A stretch of 64,000 bases of DNA from Octopus sinensis. Its lineage: Eukaryota. Under the pieces are notes generated by a model, which was given only the letters and a program-made list of their open reading frames with translations, made no database searches and was not told where the DNA came from. Shown in pieces: positions 12,466 through 25,357 of the stretch. Location: positions 146,196,001-146,260,000 of the forward strand of contig NC_042997.1 of the NCBI RefSeq assembly GCF_006345805.1, read 5' to 3'. The stretch's first letter is position 1, and each line of letters starts with the position of its first letter. Both the position numbers and the translations under genes were made by a program.

Positions 12466-13814
12466 TGTATGTATAGATAGATAGATATATAGATATACGT
12501 TGGGCTTCATTCAGTTTCCGCCTACCATATCCACTGACAAGGCTTTGATCGGTACAGGACTATAGTAGAAGATAGTTACCCAACATTCCACGCAGTGGAC
12601 TGAATCTGAAACCACGTGGTTTGAAAGTAAACCTCTTACAATACAGGCATGTCTGCGCTTATACTTCATTTCTTCGATTTTATTGTTTCAATCTAGTTTA
12701 TACATATTTATCAGAAAATACACACTCAAACACATACATGCACACACATAAAGAAACACAGACTCATACACAAGCACACACACACACACACAGATACACA
12801 TGATACATGTTTGATTGTTAGTAAAATATTTAGTTGCACCCTCTTGCATACGTTTCATTAACAAATACTAATTATTAGTTATTTCTTACGTTTTCGTATC
12901 TGGTTTGCGAGATTCCTTATGTGATTTCACGTATTGAAACAAATTTTGTTGTGACTGGAGAGAATCCTATTGCCTTAATATAACATACTCACCGGTTCAA
13001 TTTCTACTTGTTTATTTATTCGTTTATTTATTTCAGAAAGCTTTTACGTCACCGCATTTGCGACCGCATCAAAGGATTCTGACTCTGTCCGTTATTGAAG
13101 CTACATTCCTTTTTTTTTGTGAGACTTTGATGCGTGATTTCGTTGTGAGTGTGTGTGTGCGCCATCGTGCTTGGGTACCTGTGTATACATACATTCATAC
13201 ATATATACCTACACACACATATACATAGACAAGCACACACGCACACACATACATATACACACACGCATAACGAAATCTCGGATCAAAATCTCACAAAAAA
13301 CGCAGCTTCAATAACAGACAGAGTGAAAATCCTTTGATACGGTCGGAAATGCAGCGATTAAAAAGCTTTCTGGAGCGAATAAATAAATAAATAAATAAAT
13401 AAATAAATAGTTGCACTGGCAAATGTTCAGGAACGTGTAAAATTCATCCGTAATAGTGACAATTTTGCTATCAGGTGAAAATCCTGTTTTGCTTTCTATC
13501 AGTATTCTATGACATACAACTGCATGTTCTTACCCTGTGGGCAATTATAGAAGTCCTCCTCAGAGCCACCTTTCAGATATACGTGAATATATATGGAGCT
13601 CTAAATACTGATTATTTGCTGAGCATATTGAATTATAAATCTCACTATATATGTGTGTGTCTGTGTTTATGTAGAAGGAATGGGATTGTGGTCAGATGTT
13701 TTTATCTTCCTCTCCTCATATACTATAGTATAATATAGAACTGAGTCAGATGATGGATCTAATTGCCAATCTGTTGGACAATCTTCACTACCTTTTACTC
13801 TTAACTTTGAACTG

Positions 13815-14118
13815 GCACTATGTTTGTTACAACAACGTGGATTCTAGTTGATCCGATTAATGGAACCACTTGTTCGTGAAGTTAACGTGCAAGTGGCAGT
13901 GCACTCTACAGACATGTGCACACTTGACGTAGTTCTCATGGAAATTCAGTGTGACACAGAATATAACAATGCTGGTCCTTTGAAACACAGGTACTAATCA
14001 TTTTTGCCAGCTGAGTGGACCGGCGCAACATAAAATAAAGTGTGTCTTTCTCTATGACGCAATGCGTCGCCAAGAATCAAACTCATGACCTTACGATTGT
14101 GAGCCGAATGCCCTAATC
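13815..14118 (-). mobile_element. tRNA-derived SINE (cephalopod OR/OK-like type), diverged
   Basis: Minus-strand tRNA-like head TGGCTAAGTGATTAGG...GAGTTTGATTC; body homologous to 47670-47985. Confidence 0.8.
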
Positions 14119-14189
14119 ACTTAGCCATTTGCCTTCACCGCTCTTAACTTCAGTCAACATTTAATACTAGCCATCATCTCCGACTATTA

Positions 14190-14403
14190 GGGTGGCGAGC
14201 TAGCAGAATCGTTAGCACGTCGAGCAAAATACTTAGCGCTATTTTGTTTGACGTTACGTTCTGAGTTCAAATTCTGCCGAGGTTGACTTTGCCTTTCATC
14301 CTTTCGGGTTCGATGTAATCGATTTAATCTCTTTGTTTGTCCTTGTTTGTTCCCTCTATGTTTAGCCCCTTGTGGGCAATAAAGAAATAAATAATTATAT
14401 CTC
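14190..14403 (+). mobile_element. tRNA-derived SINE monomer
   Basis: Same family as the left monomer at 4484; short TSD ACTATTA at 14183-14189 and 14404-14410. Confidence 0.85.
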
Positions 14404-14597
14404 ACTATTAAGCAAGCCGCAAGTGCAATATCTCTCTGAGATTAACCTATCTATCATTAACTTGTCTTTGTTTATTAGGATACATGTTATTCTATAATAT
14501 AATTTTTCAAACAGCGGAATCTGCACTTAAGCAGGGATGCACACTCATCACACTATTAATCTTATAGACTTGCACATTAGCAACAATAATTTTGGTG

Positions 14598-14999
14598 GGA
14601 AATGGCGGCGAATGGCAGAAACGTTAGCACGTCGGGCGAAATGCTTAGCGATAATTCATCTGCCGTTATGTTCTGAGTTCAAATCCCGCCGAGGTCGACT
14701 TTGCCTTTCATCCTTTCGGTGTCGATTAAATAAGTACCAGTTACGCACTGGGGTCGATATAATCGACTTAATCCGTTTGTCTGTCCTTGTTTGTCCTCTC
14801 TGTGTTTAGCTCCTTGTGGGTTGTGAAGAAATAGGTATTTCATCTATCTTTATGTTCTGAGTTCAAATTCCGCCGAGGTCGACGTTGCCTTTCATCCTTT
14901 CGGAGTCGATAAATTAAGTGCCAGTTGCGTAACTGAGATCGATCTAATCGACTGGTCCCCTCCCCAAAAATTTCGGGTTTCGTGCTTAGAGTAGAAAAG
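14598..14999 (+). mobile_element. Dimeric tRNA-derived SINE with 13-bp TSD
   Basis: Same dimer layout as 4484-4889; AATAATTTTGGTG at 14585-14597 and 15000-15012. Confidence 0.92.
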
Positions 15000-15053
15000 A
15001 ATAATTTTGGTGAAAAGTACCACTTTATCCATTTATATAGATTAATATACTAC

Positions 15054-16335
15054 TTGGGTTGGCAACTAAGTTCCCGCCATTTTTTAAAATTTTGGAATTT
15101 AATCCGTTTTTAAATTTTGGAATCTATTTTTTTCGAGAATTCTATTTTTGAATTATTTTGAAATCTATTTTGTTTTTTTCAAGTTAATTTTAATTTTTGT
15201 TTATTTTCAGATCATTAAAATGGAATGTCAAGTTAAGAAAAACGATCATTTTCGACACCTCCTTCTTTTTGCTTTTAATCAAGGTTCTAAGGCCGCAAAA
15301 GCTGCTCGCGATATTTGTACTGTGTATGGAGAGGGTGCTATAGCTGAAAGAACCGCTCTTAATTGGTATGCCAAGTTCAAAAATGGAAATTTTGACCTCA
15401 AAAATGCACCTAGTTTTGACCGTCCAGTTGAGTTCGATTAAGAGCGATTAAACCAACTTTTGTAGGAAAATTCTCGTCAAACAACAAGGGAACTGGCAGA
15501 GAGAATGGAATTCTTCCACACTGCTATAGAGAAGCATCTTCACTCGATGGGAGAGGTTCAGAAGTATGAAGCATGGGTTTCGCATGCTTTAAGTGACAAC
15601 AACAAAAATCAATAAGCCACAATCTCCGCTGGTTTGCTTGCTCATCACCGCTCAACTCATGAATATAAGCAACGATTTCTTTACCGAATCGTTACTGGCG
15701 ACGAAAAATGGTGCCTGTGCATCAATATGAAGCAGCGTAAGGAATGGCTTAGTCCCATGCTAAGTGACCGTGCGTGAAACAAGATCTTCATCCGCGTAAA
15801 ACGATATTGTGCGTAAGGTGGGACTGGGAAGGGATTATCTATTACGAATTGATTGAACGAAACCAAACGGTCAACGTGGAATTCTATGTCCAACAGATGG
15901 AACGACACAGCACGGCTATTCAAGAGAAAAGTCCTAATCGGCAGCATGGAGTTCTGTTGCACGACAACGCCCGCCCTCATATCGCCAATATGACCGAGGA
16001 AACCATTCAAACGCATGGATGAGAAGTGGTGCCACACCTACCATACTCTCCTGATTTGGCACCAACGGATTTCTACCTCTTTCAATCTCTTTCAAATGCT
16101 ATGCGTGGAGTTTCGTCCAATACTGATGCAGAATTGAGAGCTTTGTTGGCTCAATTTTTCGAGACAAAATCGGGTGATTTCTACCAATGAGGTATTGAAA
16201 ATTTTGTTGAACATTGGGAAGAAGTTGTAAGCAACAAGGGTGAATACATTATTGATTAATTAGTTGTTATTTTTTATTAAACCTTTTAAAAAATTTAAAT
16301 TTAAAAAAACAGCGGGAACTTAGTTGCCAACCCAA
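15054..16335 (+). mobile_element. Full-length mariner (DD34D) transposon, transposase pseudogene at 15220-16259
   Basis: TIR TTGGGTTGGCAACTAAGTTCCCGC at 15054-15077 and 16312-16335 with TA flank; motifs WVSH, IVTGDEKW, LHDNARPH, YSPDLAPTDF; several stops and frameshifts. Confidence 0.95.
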
Positions 16336-17788
16336 TATTTAACACATTGACAATTCATACTTCACGCTTATACAAATCTAACAATATATATATAAAGTAT
16401 TATTTAACCGTAAGTCAGTAACTGGTTCTAATATTGGTTTGAAATTTGAAAGGAGGAGGAATGGTAGATTATATCAACTCCGGTATTTGAATGGTACTTT
16501 GCTTTATCGACCGCAAAACGAGAAAAATCAATGTTGACTTGGCGAAGGGCGTTACACTCATGATGTCAAAAGAAATACTGAAAGATATTTTTCACCAACA
16601 CTAACAATTCTGCCTATCTTCCATCTTTACTACAGATCAATAGTAAGAACTATTCTTTATCGATAGAGTATGAACAACTTATAACTATAATAACTGCTGA
16701 AGTATAATTTACAATACAAATCGCCAGGAATACAACATCTGTTCTCAAAGCATGAAATCGAAATATGTATGAAATATCTTTATAATGTGATTCCATCGAT
16801 AAGACTAATAATTAGTTTCCCTTTACCTATATTATTTACAGATATCCTGCGTTGTAATGGTAGGAGTGGCAGAAACGAAACAGAATATAGGTAAGCAAGT
16901 ATTAAGAGCTTGTTCGAAGTGAGTGTTTATGTACATTGAGGTGGCCATGTTTACATGCGATTTGAAATTATTATGTGTATAATACCGTTTTAGGTATTAT
17001 ACGCAGAATTTTAATGAGTTATACTTGTAGCTTGTAAATACTCAGACTCTGCTCAGATCTGACGTGTGTACGGGCCCCGAAGACAAGGACTAGGTTTTAG
17101 GTTGTACCTATAACAATATTACAGATTTCTGATCGCCATGGAGTTATCGTCAAAGTGTGGGGGATATACTGAGTTGGTAAAATTTGTGAATGTTTTCCTT
17201 GCCTTTTTATAGTTTATACTTTGATAAATGTATAATTAGAATTATGATTAGAATTGAAGTCTTATTTAATTTCCTGTATATTGTTTCTTTGCCGCCAAGA
17301 ATATTTGATCGCTATTTGGCGTTCATATACAGAAATACTTGAAATCGATTATTAGTGTTTGCAATTGCGTTAAAAATATAATATACGAATTAATTGAGCT
17401 TTGTAGTTTATTTGTGATATATTTCATTCGCTACATCTGTCGTGTAAGAGATAGTTTTGAATAGCGATGGATTACCTTAATATTTCTTTATTGAATTTTT
17501 AAACATTAATAGGACTGAATTTATTGCGCAGTTACACAACTTAAACCCAGTTTTCATGTGCAAATATATAGTTATCACTGACTAGATATAGTTATGTATT
17601 GCATGATGTCTGGCATTTTTCTGTGATTGTCAAGACTGACCGCTGTAAATGATGTGATCGATTACTTCTTTATTTTGATTACTTAGTCTACATTTAATTG
17701 TATCACTGGTTAGCCATTGATCTCTCTGCAAACTAAAATCTAATTTTCTGTTCCAACATTTAGTCTATAACTTTGTGCTCTTGTTAGC

Positions 17789-17833
<45 letters not shown>

Positions 17834-18163
17834 ATATATATATATGTATATTTACAATTTACTTTTCCAGGCTTATAAGTAGAAATTCAGCAATATATAA
17901 TATCATTTTAGCGCTACGCTTTTGAAATCTCCCTCATAAATATATCTTTATCTATTTTATAACAATTTATCATTAGAAATAACTATTGTTATCTTCCTCT
18001 TTGTACATGCTACAATAATTTATTGCCGATACTTCTATATTGGATTTTTCTCCCTTAAGAGTGCATCGATAAAACACCCTTATAACATAACGTGAACTGA
18101 ATACAAATAGATGAATGTAGAAAAATATATGGAAAAATACATGGATATATATATATATATATA

Positions 18164-18217
<54 letters not shown>

Positions 18218-18737
18218 ATGGATGTATGTATATAACACGATGTTGAACAAGAAGTTGTATATAGAAGATATGAATGCTAAAATATAAGGAAGTAGAATAA
18301 AAGTTAGAATTTAACCAAAATCCAGAAACAACAGTTCGCATCGACTATTGCCAAATTTAACCTTTTTCTAAAATCTCAGCAAATAACACTCGAACTTGCA
18401 ATGTTTAAATGCTAATATGATGACACAGGTAAAACATTTTATAGAAATAAAGTCTGTGACGCAAAAAAGCTGATAACGTGGTTACATTTTATTCCGAATT
18501 TAAAGGAGAAACGAAGAGCGCAATGCTTTTCATTTTGTTATTTTCAATAATATTAGAAAACAATTTCTCAGAGCACTTGTAAAATCATGTTGAACTGTTG
18601 GTTGTCTGCTTTGGGACATCAGAACAGTATAACTTTTCGTTGAATCTGATATTCTGAAAAGAAAAAAAAGTTATATATAGGGGGGTTACTCTATAATTTT
18701 GTAGAGCGCAAGTTTATTTTTAAACAAGAATGTTGTT

Positions 18738-19990
18738 GACAGTGACTTCGAGGTTTCAGCCATTTACGCCATCATCGGACAGCGATGCATTAGGAGTTAA
18801 TCTTGGGTTTATTTTGCCTATGTTGAGTTCAGGGCTTCCTTATGTCTGTGGGTTTGAGAGGGGTGGTAATTAGGTTTTAGGGTGAGTTGTTATGGTGAGG
18901 TGTTTGAGAAGAAATTTTTATCGATTAAATTTGGGAATATTGTTTAGAATTTATTTATATATATAGAGCTCTGACAGCAAGTGTGTATGTTTAGTCGCTT
19001 TGTTTGGTAGGCACTGGTTGTGTTAGCAGCTTAGTTATTTTTTGTTTTATTAGATTTAATTCTTTGTTTTGGCAATTTAAAATGAAAGGCAGAAAGTACA
19101 GTATTCAGGACCTTAATAACTTGGTATTCTTTTATTCTTTTACTTGTTTCAGTAATTTGACTGCGGCCATACTGGAGCACTGGCATTAGTCGAACAAATC
19201 AAACCCAGGACTTATTCTTTGTAAGTCTAGTACTTATTCTGTCGGTTTCTTTCGCCGAACCGCCAAGTTACGGGGACGTAAACACGCCAACATCAGTTGT
19301 CAAGTGATGGTGTGAGGACAAGCACAGACACACAAATACATACATACATACATACATATATATATATATATGTGTGTGTGTGTGCGTGTGTGTGTGTACA
19401 TACGATGGGATTCTTCCAATTTCCATCTAACAAATCCACTCACAAGGCTTTCTTTGGTTGGCCCGAGACTATAGTAGAAAACATTTGCCCAAGGTGCCAC
19501 GCAGTGGGATTGAACTTTGAACCATGTGTTTGGAAAGCAAGCGTCTTATCCCACGGCCACTCCTGCAGTATGTCAACTTTGTTGTAATTAAATTTTTTTA
19601 GAGGTTCACAAAAGAAAGTAAGTAGGTGGTATGTGTTAGCAGGTTAATTTCATTACGTGTTGTTGCTTTTATTTAGGGTATTTGCTATTTTTATTTGCAA
19701 GGTGGGGGTCATTACTTGGGCATGTAACGATGTTGTTAGTATAGAAAATTGTTTCTCTCCTGCTTCGAGGTTCAAACAAGGATTTAGTTAGGTGAAGAGG
19801 CTGATCTGTATGTTTCTCCCTAAGTCTTTATTGTTCTGTAAACAATTTCGTTAATATAGAGAGATTCTAGCCTTTGTGTTTTATAGAGGCTGGATTTGTG
19901 GACTGTGTGTTAATAAATATTTCTTTTATTGTTTCAGACGTGGGCATTTTATAAAGTGTTATTTTCATGATGGCGGCTCTATTTCAATAA
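18738..19990 (-). mobile_element. Old Penelope-like remnant (thumb, GIY-YIG C-terminus, 3' hammerhead), interrupted by a SINE
   Basis: Minus strand TVHKSSLYK..LYINEIVYR (about 19800-19920); ..EAL..RQNKPKINS* (about 18790-18850), parallel to EAILIHQKKPKIN at about 6.85 kb; HHR remnant at 18738-18783. Confidence 0.65.
19130..19565 (-). mobile_element. tRNA-derived SINE with internal (TA)/(TG) tract
   Basis: Reverse-complement homology to 24949-25357. Confidence 0.88.
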
Positions 19991-20458
19991 CATTAACTTG
20001 GCAGCAATATATAAACACATGCATGTTATGTGAATAATCAAAAACACATCAGCGCAAATATGCATTCATATATGAATATTAACAAGCACGCGCGCGCGCG
20101 CACACAAACACACCCATACATACATTATAGCACAAAATATATCAAACCAGTAATTTAAATAGTAGAAGATCAATAATTTGTTTAATTCACCAAAACAGAT
20201 TATAAACCGCTGTATTTTGATGCAGCAAAGAGGTCTGCCGTAAATTCCAACGCTGAAGCTGCAGAGAATGTCATTAGGTGACTTTAGATTGAGAAGGCGG
20301 GGATACAGGCTGAGATTTCTTCATCTTCGACTGGGTCAACCGGGCGAGTGTGAGGTCTGATGCTGAAAGACTCAAAATCTCTTATGACTCCTTCACAGGA
20401 ATAAGGAATATTACTGATGATGCGCCCCAGAACATTTGCGTGATGTGTCTTGGAAATA

Positions 20459-20841
20459 TCTATTATATAAAATGCGTTCTTTCTGTGTGTGTATGTCTTC
20501 TAGGATCTCGGGCATCCTCCATCCGATTGCGCTCAAATTTGATATGTAGATACCGACGGTATCAGGGCGTGTATAAGTCTTGAAAAAATTACAAAAATCG
20601 ATTCCAAGTGAGAATGCGATCGATAAAGCCATGGGAACGTGCATTTGTAAAATCGTTTTTTCTTGGAATAGAAAATAGTCTATCTTTATTTCTTCTTTTG
20701 ATGGTGTCTCAAATTTAGGCTAAATCAGTGTTTCTCAAAGGGGAGGACTATGGGACTCTCGGACAAGTTGTTTTGAGAAAATTTGGTTTAAATGTTTGAC
20801 AACTCAGCACCGTCCATTGGACGGGGGGGGCGTTTTGCTCG
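20459..20841 (+). mobile_element. Non-autonomous Helitron-like element
   Basis: A|TCTATTATATAAAATG start; 3' hairpin CCGTCC-ATT-GGACGG (20810-20824); degenerate CTCG|T end at 20838-20842. Confidence 0.6.
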
Positions 20842-20881
20842 TATATATAGCTCATAAATAAGGGCAAAAGAAAAATATTCC

Positions 20882-21220
20882 TATGCCGAGAAATAGACTT
20901 TAAATGGTTAATAACGACATATAATTCAATACTAAAAGCACGCGTCTCGAAGTTAGCTGACAGAAATTTCTAAACAAATCCCGTTATCAACGAATCGGTC
21001 CGATTTCTGAGTTAATTCATAAAGAATTTTCACGTTATCAGCGGCAAATACGTTAAGAAATAAATGAAATACTTACTTGCACACATGGAACAAGCATACA
21101 TAAAGCCATGTGTACACTTAAGTACCCCAAATATATTCAAATAGAAATTTTGCAGCACACGTGCTTTTAGTGACAAATTATATTTGGTTATTGACGATTT
21201 AAAGTCTATTTCTCGGCATA
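20882..21220 (-). mobile_element. Short element with 61-bp terminal inverted repeats and a degenerate hammerhead (copy 1)
   Basis: 20882-20942 is an inverted repeat of 21160-21220; minus-strand CTGATAA...GAAA-TCGGACCGA-TT at 20984-21047; homologous to 25385-25725. Confidence 0.7.
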
Positions 21221-21264
21221 TTTGTCATGCTGGCCACTGATAATTTTTTTGAAACAAGGATATA

Positions 21265-24200
21265 TATATATATATAAAAAAGTTGAGTTGTGGGGCACCG
21301 CACGAGTGGGATTATATAAGAAAAAAGGTTTGAAAATGCAATTTTTCTTCAACAGGTATTTGTGGAAAGACTGGCCGTACTTATATTTGGATTTTTCATA
21401 GATATGTGATTCCAGGTAGGCCATCACCAGGTTTGCATAGGTAGGTGCAACTTTCGTACCCATTGCAGTACCTGAGACCTGTCTGTAAGTGTTGTTGTGG
21501 AAATACATGAAGTTGTTTTGCAGAATAAATTTGAGGCCCTCAATTATGAATTCTTTTTTAATTCTTTCCGGGATCTCATTGGGATATTTATCCAGCCAGA
21601 ATTTATGGCTTCCAGTCCAAATTCATGTGGGATTGTGGTGTAAAGATTAATAACATCAAAAGAAACGATTAAGGTGTCTTTATCGGCATGTTTGGGGAGA
21701 TGGTTTAATAGGTCCAGGTCATCTCTTACAATACTTGGAATGTGTTTCAGTATTGGCTTTAAGATGATATCTATAAAGTTGCTAAGTCTGTGTGTTTCAC
21801 AACTTGGGCCTGCCACTATTGGTCTCAGTTTGAGATCAGTGGGATGTGGTATAGTGATGCAGGTTGAAGTGGACTTTTTGCAAGCTTCTGTGATAATTTG
21901 ACTCTTGTGTATTTTTGGAAGCCCATAGAGTGTGCTGGTTTTGCAATTAAATTTAGTAATGTAGTCGCATTCCTTTGCTGTCAAGTCATTCCGGTGTTGG
22001 TAAATGAGTGCCTTCAGATTGGTCATTGTTTTGGATTGCTGGTAGTCGACTACTCTTTCGTAGTATGCGGTATCCTCTAAAAGGAGAGATACAGAGTTTT
22101 TATATTGCTCAGTATTCATAACAACGACCGTACTACCCTTATCAGCTTCCTTTATTGTGACGTCATGATTGTCTCGTAGCGTATGGATGATTTCCCATTC
22201 TCTTTTACTGGTGTTGGGTTTCAGTTTAGGTTGTGGGAGTTCACCATAAGGGAAGTTGGAGATGTAATCGCAAAATTTGTCTAAGGTTTTGTTTTTGCCT
22301 TTTATGGGATTATAGTTGCTTTTGTTACAGACCATTGAATCGTCGATATTATTAGTTTTCCTGTCAAAAAATTCCTCTGTGAGGCGTAATTTTCTGCAGA
22401 AGTGCGAGATGTCATCCTGTATTTCCCTCAGGTTAGGGTATTGCGGAGTTGGGGTGAATTTTAGTCCTCTTGAAAGGATTTTTATTTGTGGTGTCGACAG
22501 GTTTAGGTTAGAAAGATTCACTATTTTTGGTTTTTCGGGGTTGGTATCTACCATCTGGTGTCGTGGAAACTGATGCCCTTGCCTAAAAAAGGAATCCTGG
22601 GGGTTCTTCTATTTGTGGTATTTTGCTGTATGTGATTCTGTCCCCCGTTGACATGTCTGTTGAAGAGGTTTTGGTTGTTGTGATTCTGTCCCCCGTTGCT
22701 ATGTTGTCTGTTGAGGAGGTTTTGGTTGTTCTAGGGTCTGGGTTGTTGGTGTGGCCTCCTGGAAAAGTTTTGGTTATTCCAGGGTTTGGGTTGTTTGTCC
22801 TGGGTGTAATGTTGGTTCCTTAGAGTGGGTTGGAAACTATATTCATGGTTTAGAAGTGAATCCCTATATGTTGGGGGAGAACTCTGAGTTAGGAGCGGTT
22901 TGGGTTGGAATCTACAATCATAGTTCAGAGATGGGTTTCTAAGTGATGGGTAGGATCTCCGAATCTGGAACGGTTCTTGTGTGGGTTGGGGTCTACGTTG
23001 TCTGGTAAAGTTTTGTCGTGTGATGATGGGTGTCTCGGTTCTTTTGATGGGATTGTGGTGCTGTCTGTAAGTTCTGTTGTTGTTGTTGTCGATGTTAGGG
23101 GTGGTGTGTGTTCGGTGTTTTGTGGTTGGTTTTCTTTGTTTTTGGCGAGGGGTGTGAGTTGAAGTAGATATTTTAAAATATGGGTTGCTAGAAAGGTGTT
23201 CCTTTGTGAACTCTGTTTCATAATTGGTGAACCAGCTGTTTTTTTCCATTCGCTGGAGGGATGTTATTTCTTCATCCTCGCAGTTTTTTCTCCAGAGTTT
23301 GGTGGTTTCATCAAGGAGTGCTCCTTCACAGTGTTTTGAGATTTCAATCTGCATTTCATTGTCAAGGGTCTTGGATTTTTCTTCACTGGCGTTGGCTCTG
23401 AGCCGCAAGAGTTCTACTTCCGTCTTGAATTTTTCAAAAGCTAGTTTCTCCCTGAGGTTTTTTGGTTTTCTGGTTCATTTTGGATGGGTTTTATTTGTAG
23501 TTTTCTGGGTAGGATGATAGGGGTGGAGTTGAGCCACTTTTCATAAATGTCAGCTTTGTTGTTATTTTTTATGAAATTCCAGAAGGCAAACTTACGCGCT
23601 TTGAGATTTTTACTCCAGGTGTTGTTAAGAGAGCTTTTAATTGAGAAGCAGTCTTTAGTTTGCTCCTGCTTTGGGAGCACTGCCGTCTCTATGGATTTCA
23701 TTAGGTTTTGCAGTGTTGGGATGATGTCAGGGATTTGATTGGTTGTTTTGGCCTCCATGAGTCCATTTAGGTATAAGTGCGATTGTTCGACATTGTTTAT
23801 TATGGTTGAAAGTTTCGAGGAGATTTCTTGTAATTCTTTTAGGATATTTTGGTTCATTAAAGATTCTGCTTGTTGTGATTTGGGTGGCATTTTCGGGACT
23901 CGTGTGATGTTTATATATATATAAAAAAGTTGAGTTGTGGGGCACCGCACGAGTGGGATTATATAAGAAAAAAGGTTTGAAAATGCAATTTTTCTTCAAC
24001 AGGTATTTGTGGAAAGACTGGCCGTACTTATATTTGGATTTTTCATAGATATGTGATTCCAGGTAGGCCATCACCAGGTTTGCATAGGTAGGTGCAACTT
24101 TCGTACCCATTGCAGTACCTGAGACCTGTCTGTAAGTGTTGTTGTGGAAATACATGAAGTTGTTTTGATCCCAGAAAGAATTAAAAAAGAATTCATAATT

Positions 24201-24421
24201 GAGGGCCTCAAATTTATTCTGCAAAACAACTTCATGTATTTCCACAACAACACTTACAGACAGGTCTCAGGTACTGCAATGGGTACGAAAGTTGCACCTA
24301 CCTATGCAAACCTGGTGATGGCCTACCTGGAATCACATATCTATGAAAAATCCAAATATAAGTACGGCCAGTCTTTCCACAAATACCTGTTGAAGAAAAA
24401 TTGCATTTTCAAACCTTTTTT

Positions 24422-24429
<8 letters not shown>
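21265..24429 (-). mobile_element. Young internally deleted Penelope-like element with direct and inverted partial terminal repeats, inserted in (TA)n
   Basis: Frameshifted ORF from about 23890 to 21350: NLSNLNL, LSRGLKFTPTP, IKEADKG, LYGLPKIHK, LRPIVAG, SFDVINLYTTIP, YRQVSGTAMGTKVAPTYANL; ends before YxDD, no GIY-YIG. 21265-21520 equals 23912-24167; 24167-24429 is an inverted copy. Confidence 0.93.
22631..22730. repeat. Two-copy tandem repeat of about 50 bp inside the PLE ORF
   Basis: GTGATTCTGTCCCCCGTTG...TGTCTGTTGA.GAGGTTTTGGTTGTT occurs twice. Confidence 0.85.
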
Positions 24430-24504
<75 letters not shown>

Positions 24505-24514
24505 TATATATATA

Positions 24515-24910
24515 ACCCTTAGGGGTTAGCCATATTGAAATGGCAAAAATACGTCACGATGTGTTACCGCTACTGTATATAACTAACTCTGATATTTATC
24601 ATTGTTTGATTTCACTTTTTCAATATCAGCGACAGTGGACGCTGGAAAAAGTATAAGTATTTGTGAAGGAAATCTAATTCTCGGCGACAACTATGATTGT
24701 CACACGCTGACGAGAGGTCAATACCTCGAAACTCGAGTCCGTGTGTATCATAAGTTGAAGACGGAAGGTTGACTTCCCTTTGCAAATACTGACAGGACAC
24801 AGAAAGTGTGTCTATGGCCAGCTGGAGGAGTGTGTCCTCCTGGGGCTAAAAACTACAGTAGCATCCACCCTTAGGGGTTAGCCATATTGAAATGGCAAAA
24901 ATACGTCACG

Positions 24911-24912
<2 letters not shown>
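24515..24912 (+). mobile_element. 352-bp hammerhead-containing unit with 46-bp terminal direct repeat (retrozyme-like non-autonomous element) within (TA)n
   Basis: ACCCTTAGGGGTTAGCCATATTGAAATGGCAAAAATACGTCACGAT identical at 24515-24560 and 24867-24912; TA tracts on both sides; central HHR. Confidence 0.8.
24688..24757 (+). ncRNA. Type I hammerhead ribozyme, intact consensus core
   Basis: CACACG-CTGACGA-GAGGT(CAAT)ACCTC-GAAA-CTCGAG-TC|CGTGTG; helix I extended by CAACT-ATGAT/ATCAT-A-AGTTG; predicted GUC cleavage after 24739. Confidence 0.92.
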
Positions 24913-24941
<29 letters not shown>

Positions 24942-24948
24942 ATATATA

Positions 24949-25357
24949 GGCGCAGGAGTGGCTGTGTGGTAAGTAGCTTGCTAACCAACCACATGGTTCC
25001 CGGTTCAGTCCCACTGCGTGGCATCTTGGGCAAGTGTCTTCTGCTATAGCCCCGGGCCGACCAATGCCTTGTGAGTGGATTTGGTAGACGGAAACTGAAA
25101 GAAGCCTGTCGTATATATGTATATATATATAAGTGTGTGTGTATATGTTTGTGTGTCTGTGTTTGTCCCCTTAGCATTGCTTGACAACCGATGCTGGTGT
25201 GTTTACGTCCCCGTCACTTAGCGGTTCGACAAAAGAGACCGATAGAATAAGTACTGGGCTTACAAAGAATAAGTCCCGGGGCCGATTTGCTCGACTAAAG
25301 GCGGTGCTCCAGCATGGCCGCAGTCAAATGACTGAAACAAGTAAAAGAGTAAAAGAG
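24949..25357 (+). mobile_element. tRNA-derived SINE, near-intact
   Basis: GGCGCAGGAGTGGCTGTGTGGTAAG...GGTTCAGTCCC head; tail GTAAAAGAGTAAAAGAG. Confidence 0.9.

Noticed and set aside
13500-13800. Minus-strand fragments GSEEDFYNCPQG| and GSEDCPTDWQL as exons
   Set aside because: No convincing acceptor or recognisable domain.
20413-20450. CTGATGA-TGCGC...GCGT-GATG as a hammerhead
   Set aside because: No GAAA and no helix I or III pairing.
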